64,000 bases of DNA, taken from contig JASTWF010000346.1 of NCBI GenBank assembly GCA_030390025.1, forward strand, positions 372,001 through 436,000, in the 5' to 3' direction. How positions within the stretch are numbered: the stretch's first letter is position 1; each line of letters starts with the position of its first letter. The stretch comes from Squalus acanthias. Taxonomy: Eukaryota. The notes under the pieces are model-generated. The model ran no database searches. It was not told where the DNA came from and saw nothing but the letters and a program-made list of their open reading frames with translations. Below are positions 62,453 to 64,000 of the stretch, one piece after another. The position numbers were made by a program, and so were the translations under genes.

Positions 62453-63742
62453 TGTTAATGTAAATTTGAAGAGGGAATGCATTTTAAAATTTGCTGCATC
62501 AAGCTGCTTTGCAGATATGTGATTCAGCTTGGGAAAAGCAGGAGGGAGCTGGGTTCAGCGCACTAGAACCATACCACCATCGTACTGTGGCAACTGTGTG
62601 AAGGAATAAGCCATCTAACCTATTCAGGAAAATACACCATCTTATGAAAGAATTCTGGCCTTATTAAAACATGACAAACTGGGCTTGGAAATCTAGAAAC
62701 CTAACTATGAAAAAGCTGTGAAAGCATTCTGGCTATTGAGATAAGATAGTTGTTGACACTGAATCAATAACCTTATTGAAACAGAAGATTAAGGGCTCCA
62801 GCAGGCTGGACCTTTCGGAATGAAACAATGGTTCACCATGGATAATGTGTTCTAATTTACACTTCGTAAAGAAGCACATAAAGTAAGGAACATCTGTCCT
62901 CGTAAAGATGACATCAAGTAAGAAACACCTGCTGTCTCACCGTTTTTATATGGTAAACTTAGAACACCTAGAGATGAGACACGATTCTGTAATGCTACCA
63001 GCTGAGGTGACTGTAAGAATTTCAGAGGTCAGCAGAAAAATGACTAGAGATAATTAGCTTACATCTGCAGAAAACCTTAAAGGAAATACCACTGGAAAAG
63101 GGTATAAATATTGAACTCTCAAATGGGATAGTAGACTCACTTTAAAGTTGCAAAGCGATTCTCGGCTTCAGAGGTGGCTCTGTAAGTCTCCAACTCTTTG
63201 TACCTCGGGGATCAAAGGTATTTGATTTTGGTGGATATCCTGTAGAACACTAAGAATGGTAAAACTGTAGCGAAGTTAAGATTTGAGAGTAAGGTTCTCT
63301 GATAATAAGATTGTAAGCTTTCTCCTTTTGGAACTGTTAATGTTGTGATTGACTCACCAACTGTAAATTGCATGTCGGTTCTTTAATAAATCTATATATT
63401 TTTAGAATTGTCTCACATAAGACTTCTGTATCAAAAACTCGCAAACTCAATCTCTGTACACTCTTTGGTGAGGAGTTGCAGAATTCTGGGGGCGTTTTCC
63501 GGACCTTCATAATATCCGGAACGTTACAGTCTAGCTAAACTTATTAAAAGTGCTATCTGGAGGACGGTAACATTTTCAGGTTGTTCCTTTCCTTTAGGGA
63601 GAGATAGTCCGGACCTTTAGACCCAATTAAGCGTCTTTAGGATTTGGCTACCTCAAACTTTAGTTGAAAGTGAACGTCTGAGAAATACGCCTGATCCGGG
63701 GTAGCCCTAAAGGGGCTAGGACTAGTAATTATCCCTTCAACT
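62453..63742 (+). mobile_element. Possible decayed solo LTR; boundaries uncertain
   Basis: TG start, TATA-like gggtataaata at ~63101, AATAAA at ~63385; no clean CA end or TSD found. Confidence 0.3.
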
Positions 63743-63963
63743 GCAGCCAGCAGGGGGTCACTGCTTTCTGGAGATGAGAGGAGAAAACTGATGAGGAATA
63801 TCAAACAAGAAAAGTGAGTCGGGTTTTGTGCGATTTCACCATCCATAGTGTTTATTTCCCCACCCTCTGTGTTATTGGGACACCTTAACCTGATTCCCTC
63901 ACTTTGAAGCAGCCTGGTGAATTTTCCCGCTCGGTCCTAATGCCTGTATCGAGGTGCATTTGA

Positions 63964-64000
63964 TAAAGAAAGGAAGACTTGCATTTATATAGCGCCTTTC
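63964..64000 (-). mobile_element. 3' tail of a DeuSINE/L2-type element, truncated by window end
   Basis: aaagaaaggaagacttgcatttatatagcgcctttc resembles the tail at ~8025-8060. Confidence 0.6.

Overview
Vertebrate genomic DNA, most likely a cartilaginous fish (shark/ray), judged from the HE1-type V-SINEs, DeuSINE/SacSINE1-like SINEs, CR1 LINEs, Penelope-like remnants and shark-type B30.2 exon; family names are recalled, not searched. One host gene is visible: the 3' part of a + strand butyrophilin-like gene, with a transmembrane exon (831-950), phase-1 micro-exons (7244-7276, 10385-10411) and a terminal PRY-SPRY/B30.2 exon (34784-35328) after a 24.4 kb intron. Most of the rest is transposons and tandem repeats: about 11 CR1 pieces, several copies of a second EN+RT LINE family, a CsRn1-type Gypsy, two ~1.7 kb solo LTRs, PIF/Harbinger remnants and MITEs, and eight mini/satellite arrays. 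The best candidate for something new is the LINE at 29701-33797. It begins with a tRNA-derived A/B-box head and a body resembling LF-SINE, runs straight into a single decayed endonuclease-RT frame, ends in an LF-SINE-like tail, and has no TTTT on its sense strand. It may be an autonomous, possibly Pol III-transcribed parent of LF-SINE. Also notable is a four-level nest (satellite > Gypsy > CR1 > solo LTR) that once held an open 598-aa Gag/CR1-RT fusion frame.
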